DNA of 62,550 nucleotides, filler included, from Asterionella formosa (GCA_002256025.1; 9 parts of 9 records of this genome joined end to end with filler, not necessarily neighbours in it); one strand, 5' to 3'; shown: positions 1 to 12,165, numbered from the whole stretch's first letter. The notes: generated by a model not told the origin, from the sequence alone. Program-made: numbers and translations.

Positions 1-125
1 AAGAAATTTACTTAGGTCCATTATAAGGGAAATCTCTTCATTGTCCTGGGCCCCCCTTAAGTAAAATCAGTCAAATTCAGTCACGGCAGTGTACATTGGG
101 GGGTCCAGGACAATGAAGTATACGG
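1..125. mobile_element. Terminal 125 bp of a TA-flanked (Tc1/mariner/pogo-like) element; terminus TA|CCGTATACTTCATTGTCCTGG
   Basis: Exact reverse complement of 55840-55964. Both copies are flanked by TA and both run into a contig end. Internal ~21-bp inverted arms at ~36-56 and ~98-118. Degenerate pieces at ~4690-4735 and ~18275-18339. Confidence 0.65.
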
Positions 126-294
126 TAAACTTCTCAAGGTAAGACATAAGGCCTGCAATCAGTAAAGTTCCATTTTAGTCTTTCATTATTTTATTGTTTA
201 CATGCAAATAAACATGATAGTTAAATAATACAGTGGGAACTGCCATGATTCATTTATACAAATTTCTCAAAGCAAAGGTTGATACAGCCACTCC

Positions 295-2064
295 TTACAA
301 AGGAGGCATTTTCTTGGTTGATAGCTTCATGGTTGTTGTTGATGACGGAATGTTATCACTCAACTCTACATTCATCCACTTGGCCAATTGTTGATTGACA
401 ACCCCATGCAAGGTTGCCAGTGCCTTTAACTTGGTCCTCAACTCACTTTGTTCTTTGACAGTTTGTTTCTTGGTTCGTTTCACTGCAGTAATCATGACAT
501 TCTTTGATGTGTGCTCTCCACCAACAAATTCAAAGACTTGTGTTTGATAATTGGCCAATTCCAGTAAAAGAGCACGGATGGAATCAGTGACCATTTCGGC
601 CATGCGTTCTTTATACACATTGTGCTGTAACACAGATCCAAGTGGATGACTGGTGGAAGTAGTAGTAGTAGACAAACATTGGTCAAGTTGTTGTCGAACT
701 TGTTTGTGACAACATGGGGCCACCACAATAATATCTGATTGCTGTAACATTCCATACCAAATGGCATCATCTGTGGCAGAATCACATGCATGCAAGGCAA
801 TCAAAATGTCAAGTGATGGGTTTTTTGTGGTTGCAGCATGTACTATTGATTGCTCATGGTCATCAGTCTGAGGAAGGAATCCATCTTCAATAGTTCCTTC
901 TTCAAACACTAATCCCTCCATGTTCAGCTTTGTTGCAATATCATTCATTTCCTTAACCAATTTGGGTCTCATATCAATCCCTTTTGAGTGGATTTGTATT
1001 TGCTTCTCCTGATACTTTTCCTTTAAATAATGATGTAATGAAAATGTCAAGTATCCTCGACCACATCCCATATCGGTACATGATATGATTGTTGTAGGAG
1101 TAGTACAAGCAGCAGCAGCAGCAGTGGGTTCCACCAATGCAGTTTGGATCAAGTGACTGACAATTTCCACAAATTTTTGACATTGCTTTATTTTTGCTGA
1201 CTTGGTTGGTTTGGGTTCACCTCGTTCATTGGTGAGACCTAGTGCATACAAGAAGGGAGCATTCCGTGACAGGGATGTAATCTTGGATCGATCGTGAGGT
1301 GCAATACCAATAGTTGTACTGTTTGCCATTGTCATACCAGTTTCACTATCCGCCGCAATGTCCATACGTCGTTTCTTCCGTCGCATTGTATTTTGTGCCT
1401 GTGTGTACTCATAGACCCATACTGTGGTGGTGAGTACACCATTTGCAATACCCAATGGTGACCCCAACGGATGCAGGGTACCCCATTCTGGATCAGCCGA
1501 GAATAATATGGCTTCCAATTCTCGTCTACTGCTACTGGTAGTAGCAGCTTGGATTGTTGTGCTATTATTATTATTATAATTGTTGTTGTTGTTGTTTTTG
1601 TCATTACTCAAAAGTGCAAAATTCTTGACAACATCCGTGGCTCCGTGATACTTCATTGTGAGTTGAAGAACATGACTACCGGTATAGGCTTTGACATGGA
1701 CGAGCCTCCCCTCAATCCGACGAATGCATCCTCTAAGAACATCCTTACTATAGTCTTTCTTAGAAGGACCAGTCAAGAGGAGGGAAACGAAGGTATTGTT
1801 GGACACTGAGATTATGAGTTCGTCGAGGAAGGATTGGACAACTGATGACGTTGCTGTGTGTTTATGAGTGCTATCATTGTCACTGCTACTGCGGATACTA
1901 CTACTACTACTGATGCGACTACGGATACAACTGGCGCCTCGGTGGTACGTGGCAATCAATGGATACAGCGGATGGTTGGAGCTAATGTGTTGCGTAGGGG
2001 CAGGAAGAAAAGCGCTCGAGTCTCGCGCGTAGAGGAAACACAGCAGAATCAGCAATTGGAGCAT
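295..2064 (-). CDS. Plastid-targeted SAM-dependent methyltransferase (Methyltransf_32-like, bacterial-type family)
   Basis: 589-aa intronless ORF. Signal peptide followed by SSA-FLP (ASAFAP-like) and an S/R-rich transit peptide. Motifs DMGCGRGYLTF, GID, ALHACDSATDDAI, APCCH, HTSKNVMI. Confidence 0.85.
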   Translation of the reverse strand: MLQLLILLCFLYARDSSAFLPAPTQHISSNHPLYPLIATYHRGASCIRSRISSSSSIRSSSDNDSTHKHTATSSVVQSFLDELIISVSNNTFVSLLLTGPSKKDYSKDVLRGCIRRIEGRLVHVKAYTGSHVLQLTMKYHGATDVVKNFALLSNDKNNNNNNYNNNNSTTIQAATTSSSRRELEAILFSADPEWGTLHPLGSPLGIANGVLTTTVWVYEYTQAQNTMRRKKRRMDIAADSETGMTMANSTTIGIAPHDRSKITSLSRNAPFLYALGLTNERGEPKPTKSAKIKQCQKFVEIVSHLIQTALVEPTAAAAACTTPTTIISCTDMGCGRGYLTFSLHHYLKEKYQEKQIQIHSKGIDMRPKLVKEMNDIATKLNMEGLVFEEGTIEDGFLPQTDDHEQSIVHAATTKNPSLDILIALHACDSATDDAIWYGMLQQSDIIVVAPCCHKQVRQQLDQCLSTTTTSTSHPLGSVLQHNVYKERMAEMVTDSIRALLLELANYQTQVFEFVGGEHTSKNVMITAVKRTKKQTVKEQSELRTKLKALATLHGVVNQQLAKWMNVELSDNIPSSTTTMKLSTKKMPPL

Positions 2065-2209
2065 GCAATAGATCGATCGTCAACAAGAGAACGAGAGGGA
2101 AGGATAGAACAGGTGCCTGATACTTGTTGATGGGTAGCTCAAGAGTTCTTGATGGAGGAAACCAGATCGAGAGACAGTAAGCGTGGTCCGCATCAAAAGC
2201 AATAATTGC

Positions 2210-2700
2210 AGAGTACCGGTACTCCTATGTGTACCTTGTTTGTACCGAACACCATGGGTACTAACGGTACTATTATTACCGTTTCCTTTTCTGGTTATAA
2301 TCATTATATTTATATACCCGGGGTACCGTATTAATAAATTGTTTACCGTACATACCGGTATGTACAAGAAATCATGTCAAGCAGAATACCCGTTATGACG
2401 ACGAGGCCATGGCTGCAGTTGTATCGAGTTATTTAGCCAAGGAGTACCGTTATGATGGTACGCACGCACCAGCAGGCTGCAAAAGAATGGCAGCAAAATA
2501 CGAACTCCTATCATGGAGTACGTATGTCTGTACCTGGTACGAGTACATGCTACCAGGTAGTACCAGGTACCGGTACCTGGTACCCATTCGTTGAGTCAAT
2601 GATCTGCCTTCTTCGTATTTCGGGGACCGCCAACCATGCAAACTACAGGTACGTAAGCTTGGGGTACCTGTGGTACCAGGTAGTCAACTTACTTGTGCTG
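2210..2700. repeat. GTAC/CCWGG/CCGG palindromic low-complexity cluster in the divergent intergenic region
   Basis: Many TACCGGTA, TACCAGGTA, TACCTGGTA and GGTACC units, e.g. 2530-2585 and 2660-2682. Confidence 0.8.
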
Positions 2701-3024
2701 CCGGTAGACGAAGCAAGTATCGTTCCCGTAGCTAAAAAGCCACCGCGATCAACGTGGAGCGAAGTCAAGTCAGAGCTCATCGGCGAAACAAAAACAAGCA
2801 CTTGCTTGTAAATTATAAAGTTATCCTGCCTCTACTTGCTTATAGCTCTACTAACTATTACTACTACTACTAACTACTAACTACTAACGACATACCAGCA
2901 ACATTACCACACGAGACACTTCAAGATTTATCTCCCATCATCATTACTACCAACCACGGCCCCTTCCTTGACTTGACTTGACTTTACCAAGTATCATAAC
3001 ATACGAAACATTGATATTGGCACG

Positions 3025-4020
3025 ATGCGACCATTTCTCCTTGTCACTTTGTCTTGGTTGTTATTTACCATTCATCAACGAATGGCAAATGCGTTTCTTG
3101 TCCATCATGGTCGGTCTCATGGTACAGTTTTTGGTATCCCCACACGCAATGGTATCCAGTCCAAACAACAACAACAACATTGCCACTACATGGCAGATAG
3201 CAGTAGTAGCAGCAGCACTCCTCCAGAAAACGATGAGGATTTGGCGGCAGCATTTGCCATGTTTGCCAAGGCTTCTGGTGTACAATTGAGTGAGGAAGAA
3301 TTGTCTTTGACAGATGATGAAGAGGAAGAGGACGACGAAGAAGACGACGACGACGAAGAAGAAGAGGACATGCCAGTAACAGAGAACGTGGACAGTCTGA
3401 ATCCTTCTACTAGTGTCGATGTAAGTTTAACCAATGAGAAGATATACAGTGAAGTCAAAGAACGTGTTCTTGATACGGCTGGTGGGTTTGTGGACTTTCT
3501 CAAGGGACCGTCAGATGATGATGATAACGACGACGACGATAATGATGATGTCGATACGAACGATCCAACAAGTAAAAAGCCCAAGGTATATCAACCACCA
3601 TCAACCACTCCAGATGCAGAACTTACTGCTGGAGAAGTTGTGGAGTCCGTCTTGGATGCACTACTTCATTTAGACACTCCCGAACCACTCTACGGGATGC
3701 AAGTTCTCTTTGGGTATTCATCAGACTCGTCGCAAATCAAGCAAGAAGAAGGATTGACACCAGCCGAGTATACTGAGTATCTAAAAGACTCGGAATACAA
3801 GGTCCTATTCAATCATCAGGGCGTGAGTATTGAAAAGGGAGATTACTCGTTCGATGGGAAAAAGGCTTTCTACACAGCACACTTGAAAGTTGGAGAAAAA
3901 GTGCAAGATATTGTGGCAGTGAATATTATTTTGAGCAATGCTGGGGAGGAATCCGATGCATGGATGGTGGATTCATTGCTGATTCGACCAGAAAGTATGA
4001 GGCGGCGTCGGAGAAAGTAA
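3025..4020 (+). CDS. Putative plastid-targeted acidic protein of unknown function with a conserved-looking C-terminal domain
   Basis: 331-aa ORF. Signal peptide followed by ANA-FLV cleavage motif, D/E tracts, then a globular C-terminal domain (PDAELTAGEVVESVLDAL...WMVDSLLI). Confidence 0.8.
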   Translation: MRPFLLVTLSWLLFTIHQRMANAFLVHHGRSHGTVFGIPTRNGIQSKQQQQHCHYMADSSSSSSTPPENDEDLAAAFAMFAKASGVQLSEEELSLTDDEEEEDDEEDDDDEEEEDMPVTENVDSLNPSTSVDVSLTNEKIYSEVKERVLDTAGGFVDFLKGPSDDDDNDDDDNDDVDTNDPTSKKPKVYQPPSTTPDAELTAGEVVESVLDALLHLDTPEPLYGMQVLFGYSSDSSQIKQEEGLTPAEYTEYLKDSEYKVLFNHQGVSIEKGDYSFDGKKAFYTAHLKVGEKVQDIVAVNIILSNAGEESDAWMVDSLLIRPESMRRRRRK

Positions 4021-4949
4021 AGAAACAGAAAAATAGCACAAGTGTGGATATAAGTTGTCAGCTCTTGGACTCAAGGAATAGCCAGGAACAATGAAGAGTT
4101 GAATCTCATTTTTGCAGTTGATATGGTTTAGTCTTATGAACCTATAGAAAGTATAGTAAACAATATTTTCTCACTGTATTTCGAAAGGGATTCATTCATC
4201 AAGTCCTCCACTAAGTTTTGATGGCTGGATCACATGCAATGTGATGATATTTAACTAACCACTTGACTTTTGCACTGTTATATGGTAGTAGGATGTGGAA
4301 GGGCAAACAGCTTGATCATTTTTTCACGAAATCATATTTTATAATGCTGATAATAACTTGCACAAATGTAAGCCATATGTGCCAATTCAATTTGCAATTC
4401 ACTCTATACATGAATCCTTTGAACGCTATTGAACTCACAATAAACAGCAATATAGATTAGTAGAATGACTGTGAAAGCCGGATCAAACATTAATCGTGCA
4501 TGGTATGTTACTTTCATTATGTATTCATGATTCACTGCTGCCTTGAAATACCCTCCTTGCTTCATCTTTATAGTATGAAATCATCTGGCTTTTTGGCTCA
4601 TTTTATAACTTATTGTCCAATTGGAATGCTGGATTACAGTACAAAATGCTTCATAATTGTGCAGAGAGGTGAAATGGAATAAAACATCTTGAGGGGGGGA
4701 GGAAAATGAAGAGATTTCCCTTATAATGGACCTTCCTAGCTAAATATTTCTCTTTGAGGCTCAATTTGATAACCTTATTGTTACTTTCCTCAAACTTTTC
4801 GTACATTGTTGGATAGTAAATTTTCTCCTGATTAAAAGTGCTATACATGTTCAAGACAAAGAATTGGAATTTGAACTACTAATATTTAGTTGTGTGTCAG
4901 TCACAACATGAAAAACTCTGCAGACACAGATTAGTCTGGACTGGAAGGA

Positions 4950-6174
4950 CTTAATGCTGCTTCAATGGAATGATTTAAACAATAATCAACACATCGAAGC
5001 ATACCCATGGACCATACACAACATGTCCAAGTCATCATTTTCCAGTCTACACATGTACTTTGGAGGTGGGAGCTTTCCCGAAAATTTTCTTGCCTCTGGG
5101 TAGCTGGAAAACAATGTGCTCAGCATTTATAGTCAATCTTGACAACCTTCTAGGCAATTCTCTGTCTTCTTCTTTGTAATAATGATTACATACCAATGCC
5201 TCTGCAAAAGCTTGCGAAAACCAAGCATGCTATCAACCTTCTTTTTGCAGAAGTGTTAATATGCCAGCATGGTATGATATACTTCTGTGACTGAGGAAGC
5301 AAAAGAGGAATGAAAATACTCTATTTGGCCACCATTTTGTCGCCCATTCCACCTATAAACTAATTGGGGAATGCCTCGTTGCATTATTATCGTCAACAGC
5401 ATGCCAAAACTTGTAGTGGTGGTAGAAAACCATTGTAAATGTCATCTTTTTCTGTTATTCATGATCTGCGCACACTTTCTCCTCCACCATTTTTCAATCC
5501 AAATGATTGGTTACAGGTTTTCCCTCTACCTCTTGATCAATGATAAAGATAATTGAATCATTCCAGAGCTCCAAAGGAAAGATTAAATCACATAACTGGA
5601 AGGCAGTCGACTTCAAATGAATTGGAAATGATGAAATATTGGATGCTCTGCCTTTGATCCATTCAACTGGCTCCTGTCGCGAATTCCTGACATATCCCAC
5701 TCATTGTCAAACAAATTGTTTGCAACTTCATTGTGAAAAAACCTTTTCAGATGCTGGGCCATTGTCAACACCAATATCAACAAATCTAGCTGGGATGGCA
5801 ATATCGTCAGTGTCAAGAACTGCACCAGTAGTACACTTTACAAGTTTGAGAAGCTCTGAAGGCATCACTTCACCTTCCGCTGCCTCCTCAAGTAAATAAT
5901 AGCCTTCATCATAGTAAAGGTGTCTGGATCACAATCGGAAATGATCTAGAAGTGATTTTCAAGGGCATACAGCTCAGTTGAATCAACATCATCTACAGTC
6001 CTGGGAACAGTGACCATAATGGCCATCACATCCTTACCTCTGATTTCCTTGAGCTCCCTCTGCCGATATGTCATTCTTTCAAGTCAATGGTCTATAGTGA
6101 TGTTCACATGATGATTTCGGACCCACAGCTATGGGTGAATGTACTTGGAAAGGCATGAAACGACGGCACCTTTG
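4950..6174 (-). pseudogene. Degraded, internally deleted piggyBac-like transposase (3' portion)
   Basis: Minus-strand translation gives GAVVSCLSKYIHP at the 5' end and HHYKFWHAVDDNNATRHSPISL*VEWATKWWPNRVFSF followed by a Cys-rich tail. Resembles diatom piggyBac-type transposases. Stops and frameshifts present, and most of the catalytic core appears deleted. Confidence 0.6.
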
Positions 6175-9100
6175 CCGACTGAGGGTGATGCATGGCTTTG
6201 TCCTTTTCCCCATTCTTCTGATCGCGAAACATGATGCAGATGATGTCGGCGAGATGATTGGTTGTGTGGTCATGGGTGATGTCAGTGCGGTCCTGAAAGA
6301 AGCGTAGATCCTGGACTCGGAGTATTTTGGCGTCTGTAAATAAAAAATATCATGAAAATATGATCAAGGGTATTGTACGCTAAGTGGCACAGGATTTTCA
6401 CACATATGATAGTTTTTCGATCAAAAATATGATCATGCAGTAAACTTTTACCGAGCTTGAAGTATGATGAGACTATCATAGTTATAATACCATTGCGTCG
6501 TATAATTAGTTAAACATGGTCATCTGATGTGTATACTTTTGTCATACATCTATCTTAGCATGATCGTAATTCTCATCGATATCACTGTCTAAAATAGGAT
6601 GAAATTGATCGAAATTTAGAACTATATTTAGCTAAGAATGGTTCTATGATTCTATCATATCTTAAGTGGCTACAGAATGTTCTACAATGCTCTCAACGCA
6701 ATGATTGTTGGTGCCAATTTCACTTCCACCTTCCCCCCAATCCAATTCTGAAGGTTGTTGTACTGGTTGCCTTGCCGTTGTTCCCCTGCTTTGTTCCATT
6801 TTTACTCCTGAGGGTTGTTCTGAGTTTGCATTCACGCATTTTCCTATTACTATTGAATCTGATTTGATGTTCCAATTAGCCATACTAACAAAGAGAAGCA
6901 GTTCATTGTTAGCTGTTCATGTTTTGCTTACACAACAACATTCGTTTCGCTTCTATCTTGCTTCACTTACCGATGATTGAGGAAGTAACTGATGCATATT
7001 TCTGTAGAAAAATGTGTCAGTCGAAGATTGAATGAGAAGCAAAGTATCGATCAATAAATGGGCTCCAACACTGCTGTTTGTAACTTACAAATACTGTTTG
7101 TCTACCATTATCCTGAAAGAAGCAACACATATGTGTCAGTTTTTCTAACAGTTTTGGATTGATCCAAAGATGGGGCTGATAGGCAGCACTTACCGATTTC
7201 TTTTGTCCACATTGATGGTTGGCCAGCCACCAAATCGAAAAGGAGCTATTGAATCACTGAAAGGGGACGAGTCATTCCGTATTTGTAATCCCAGCAATTG
7301 ATCATCTTGGCATTTGCTCTTGACAAACCGTGATGCTATGCACAGCTTCTTGTTGATTCCGCCCTTCTCCATCATATTCACTCATTCTTATCGTTCAGTA
7401 TTTTCACTTCAGTTTTTCGCAACATGTGTTGCTTGAGATCCTTCATTTCAGGAAGTGGATGCAGCATGAGGACAAGGAACATGAAAGGCATTCGCTCTTG
7501 ACTTCATTGTGCTGTATTATCACTTTCGCTTTCCGCGTCATTATCTGCGTTAATCCTTCAATTCAGGAGCAAAGTGTATGCATGACAAGGAACATGAAAA
7601 CATGATTTCAAATGTTTCAGCCATGAATACATATATATAAAGATTTGTAAGAAGTTTAAATGTATACATAGTTGAACATTTGCATAGTTTTAAACACGCT
7701 CATTATACGGCACATCCTGTGTATACTAATATCAATTTTGATTATACATAATTCAAATATATACAATGCATGATGAGTTCATAGTTTTCCATGACCTGTT
7801 GAGTTTTTTCATTTTATTTGTGTCAATTCTTGTACCTACAAGTCAGTGGCTGATTTAGTTAAGCCCCTTAATAAACGGGAGCCATCACCAATTTTTCAAA
7901 TGGTCGAAATCATACATTTATGTATATAGACATATTGACCAAAATTCATATGGCCTATCGGTAGTACTGTATAATTGCTGGTAATTACTTCCATCATTGA
8001 AAAACCACGATAGTGCAGCGGAAAACTGAATATGCTCATGTGTTTAGGATCATTTGATCATATTTTTAAGATCAATTAATCCTGATTCTTAAAAATAAAT
8101 GTTGATCGTTCATTTTCTCATCAACGACACTGTTCATCATATGATCAGTATGTTATGATCAAAGGTATAGGATAAACAAACCTTAATTCCTCCCCCTCCC
8201 CCTGTATACAGTACGGAAGAAGTGATAACCCCCAAGCTACCAAATTTTTATGTCTTGTAAGAATTATCGCAGCATGCATGCATACTAGTACATGACTCCT
8301 ACTGGTATATACAATGCGGAAGTGATGACCACCAGACTACCAATCCTATAGGTCCTGTAGAATTATCGCAATATGGCTGCATATCTAATGAAAGGGCGGG
8401 AGGAGTCATCCATGCACCTGTATAATATGAAATATGGAAATGATCAAATATAGCTAGTCTACACAAGGGGCAGTGCATCATATATGCACTGTTATTTTAA
8501 TTCCTATGAAATCTCGCTCTTGATCTGTTCTGCGCTTTTTCGCCACAATTGTTTTCATTGGCTGTTTCACTGGACAGCATTCGAATTGATTGTGCTTTGA
8601 ACGAAGCAATGATCAAAGTCCACCACATTGCAGAATGGTGAGTCTCACAACTAAGTATCAGCCAGTCGATTAAAATTGGACTGTCTTTTGTGCACCCTTG
8701 CTCGTTTTGTTTGTATTTGAGGACTTGGCAGCTGTCAGCCAAGAGCAGCAATTGCATACCACCATTAATTGTCTATTCAAGTTTCGAATGCGTTCAGCTA
8801 TGATAACTTTTGCTCTCCCCTCCTAAACACTATCTCACCACCCTTGTCATAGATTTGTCAAAATTATGATCAGATGATCATAATCCTATGATGCATCATA
8901 GAAATATGATGGTTTTTATTTGCAGACGGTGACTAGACATATAATTTTATTGTCTGTTTAAAATAGTTAAATTTCCATAGTCAAAAGGGTTACTATTTAA
9001 ATTATGAGGGCATTTATCAAAATTATTAGATGATATAACGAAAAATTATGATCAGATGATCATAATCCTATGATGCATCATGGAAATATGATGGTTTTTA

Positions 9101-11307
9101 TTTGCAGACGGGTGCGGTATTCTCTGGTGATTGTCAGGTATTCGCAGGACCGCATTGCGAATAAAAAAGGCTAGGATGGCTAGAGGACTCAGGCAAGCAT
9201 CAACCGGTGTAGCTTGGTGAAAATACAATTTTAAAATAAAGTCAATTGTTAACGCCCGCTGGTGTTTAACGGCTGGATTGGTATGTCTGTAGGCCGACAG
9301 CTGGAGGCGTAAAATTCGGTTAGTTTTGCCATATATGTTGGTAGTGGGGTCGGGTCGGTCATGCTCCACAAAGGTCGCCGAAAGAGATGCGATGGTATTG
9401 CGGACTGTTGCCGATGCCAGAGGAGTGTCTCGATGTGCGCTGAACTCGGCTTGCCGGATGGCGTGCGCGAAGGCTCCGATGAGTTGGGTGCGGTTGTGTT
9501 CCGGGGAGAGGTGGACAAGGAAAGGGTCAGTGGTGGCAGCGCAGAATCCGATGGAGCCCAGGAATTCTTTCCGAATGCGGAAGACGCGAGTGTACTTCGT
9601 TTTGGTATTAGTTTGAATCCCTTGGGAGCGCGCTCTCTCTGCGTCCATAAGGTAAGTCTGGAGGCGATTTCGGTGGGAATCGGCGAGATGTCGAAATTCG
9701 GGGGAATCTGATGGGTAGCAGAGGATTGGAGGAGGTGTGTCAGTTGAAGCGGCGAAAGGTGGTGGTCGCGTGAAAGGGAGTCGGCGATGATGTTGTCTTC
9801 TCCCGGGATCCAGTGACTGAAGCTACAGGCTTGTGTTGTGTCCAGTATGTCGGCAAGCCATCGTGAGATGGCAAGGTGGGTCGATTTTTCGTGTCCCTGG
9901 AACCTGGCTCCGCCGCAATGGAGCCAATAATCTGCCGTGGAGCTGTCGAGTTGAGAGAGAATACAAGCATCGGGTTGAATGTTCCCTGCCGCAGCCTCAA
10001 TCGCGATGGTAGCTAGTGATTGATGCGAGTTATTCTAGGAGGAGGTTCAGGGGCAATTTTCCGCGGTCAGCCATTGGGACTTCCCACCTCCAGGCTTGGC
10101 CGGTCATCAGGGAGAAACCGCCTATGCCGTGTTGGCATGCGTCGGCTTGGAGGAGAATTGTGGGGACGCGAAGAGTCAGCCTGTTGAGGCTAATGCCTTG
10201 TCAGGCGATGCGGAGGAAACCAATCAATTGCCGCAGTTCATCTGTTTGTAACTCGTTTAAAATCACGCCCTTGCCACTGGCCCATGCTTGACATTCCGCT
10301 CATCAAAGGTGACACAAAAAGGCTTGGGCTGTTGGAATGACATAGGAGGCGTGATTCAGTCTGCCAATTGTTGTGGCTAAAATTTCGCAATCAACTGAGT
10401 GTAGCTGCAGGATTTGGTCTATTTCTGCATTCCAGGATTTGATTTTTTCCTGTGGCAAGCGCAGCCAAAGGGTGTGTGCTGTGTTGACCTCCCACCCCAG
10501 AACGATCTTGGATTCTTCAGGGGAACCTTCAGCTAACATCTTGTCAAATGCTAGAAGGTCATCGCGTTGAAGGGGTTCGGTGTCTGCAATCGGGCGACCC
10601 AGTAGGTGTAGTGTAAGTAGTGTAATTCGGGAACCCTTCCATATTGGTGTACTAGGTAGGTCAAGAAAGCAGGTGAAAAGGTCATCTAGATAGCAGTCGG
10701 TGAATGGTTCGAGGTTGGGGTAGGTCGAAATGAGTGTGGGTAGTGCGGGTTGACAGGGCGATTTGCTTCTGAGATAGCACGGTTTCCTAACATATGTGTG
10801 TTGGTGTGGGGATTCCAAGGTAGGAGTGGAATCCGGATTCCATGAGGTGTCATGTGTGATGAGGTTGCATGTGTCGCAGGCGATTTCGGATATGTCGCTC
10901 CACATGCTTGGGTTTGGTGCTCCGCCGAATGTCATGCATAGTGCAAGCAGGGCAACGTCATCTATAATGACAATTGCTTGTGAGGCTGTGGTACTGGATG
11001 TATGTAGGCAACGATATGCAGCTTTGATGTCTAATTTATTCATTAGAGTGTGAGTGTCTGGATTGATTTGTCGTAGTTCCACAACGTAGTGGATAAATCG
11101 CTGTAGAGTGCCCTTTCGAGAACTCAAATGACTGGTCATGTGTCAATCGGTCTTTTGGGATTATTTCTCCATGCTTGTTAATTGTAGCTTGTGTCACTAT
11201 GCCCATTGGAGCAACGACTGCATTGGGGAGTAAGTGAATTTTTTTGGGAGGTAGTGATAGTTGCCAACCGCGTTCAACTTCTTTGATCAGCAGCTTCATG
11301 ACCACAA
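6175..11307 (-). mobile_element. DIRS-order (tyrosine recombinase) retrotransposon fragment: RT - RNase H - YR, degraded and interrupted
   Basis: RT: EVERGWQL..P, DRLTHDQSF, KLDIKAAYR, TFGGAPNP, YLDD (10303-11305, frameshifted). RNase H: DACQHGIGGFS...AWRW (~10070-10150). YR: ...FAMRSCEYL (9111-9648), continuing as KILRVQDLRFF...FRDQKNG at 6180-6330. Confidence 0.85.
6331..9110. mobile_element. 2.78-kb non-autonomous TIR element inserted into the YR gene (CMC/CACTA-like, 2-bp TSD)
   Basis: 23-bp TIR CGTCTG(T/C)AAATAAAAA(AT/CC)ATCAT with 3 mismatches, and GG on both flanks. Removing the insert plus one GG restores MRSCEYLTITREYRTKILRVQ in frame. ATCAT/TGATCA subterminal repeats. Confidence 0.8.
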
Positions 11308-11560
11308 GATTTTCAAGGGCATATTACAGCTCAGTTGTATCAACATCATCTACAGTCCTGGGAGCAGTGACCATAATGGCCATCACATCCTTACCTATGA
11401 TTTCCTTGAGCACCCTCTGCCGATATGTCATTCTTTCAAGTCGATGGTCTTTAGCGATGTTCACATGATGATTTCGGACCCACAGCTATGGGTGAATGTA
11501 CTTGGAAAGGCATGAAACGACAGCACCTTTGGCCATTGTCAAATTTTGTTTTTGTGCCAT
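11308..11560 (-). pseudogene. 5' end of the same piggyBac-like transposase, with ATG
   Basis: ATG at 11560 gives MAQKQNLTMAKGAVVSCLSKYIHP*LWVRNHHVNIAKDHRLE. 11308-11531 is a diverged direct repeat of 5954-6174. Confidence 0.6.
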
Positions 11561-11729
11561 CCTGCACAGATATTTTCGAGTTTTTTTGGCAGGCGTACAC
11601 TCATGTATCTAGTGTTTTGCATGTACAAAGTAATCGCAAAATCGCAGCTTAATTTTCATATCAGAAGAAAAAAAGAGAATTACAGTACGTTACGTCACTT
11701 TGTCTATGTCTAGAAACTTAATGGTTGTT

Positions 11730-12165
11730 TGGGTACCAGGTACCACCTCTAAAAAAACGTACAGGAGGGGCCAGCAACCTCAGGCGGAGGCCAGGACTCT
11801 GAATTATACGGTACCAGGGTACCTGGTACTGGTCTACGACCCCACAACCATATCGATTACCGGTACTGGTACCTGGTACCGGTAGTCTTGTACCGGTAAG
11901 TGCGTAAAAGTGAAGTACGAACGCACTCCTGCCTCCTGGCAAAACAACAGGTAAGCAATTCTTCGTCCGGGCTGTCCCGCCCTGCGACGGGAAGACTACG
12001 GTTGGTATATTGATGTACCGTACCTGGTACCAGGTACCAGGTACCAGTTTCAATGTACAACATAAACCATGATACGGCAGGCATTGCCTGCTGGTACCTG
12101 GTACCAGGTACCTGGTAACACAAGAGTACTGGTACTCCAGGTACTGGTACCAGTACCGGTACCGC
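11730..12165. repeat. Dense GGTACC/CCWGG palindromic cluster
   Basis: e.g. tacctggtaccaggtaccaggtaccag (12021-12047) and ggtacctggtaccaggtacctggta (12093-12117). Confidence 0.85.
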
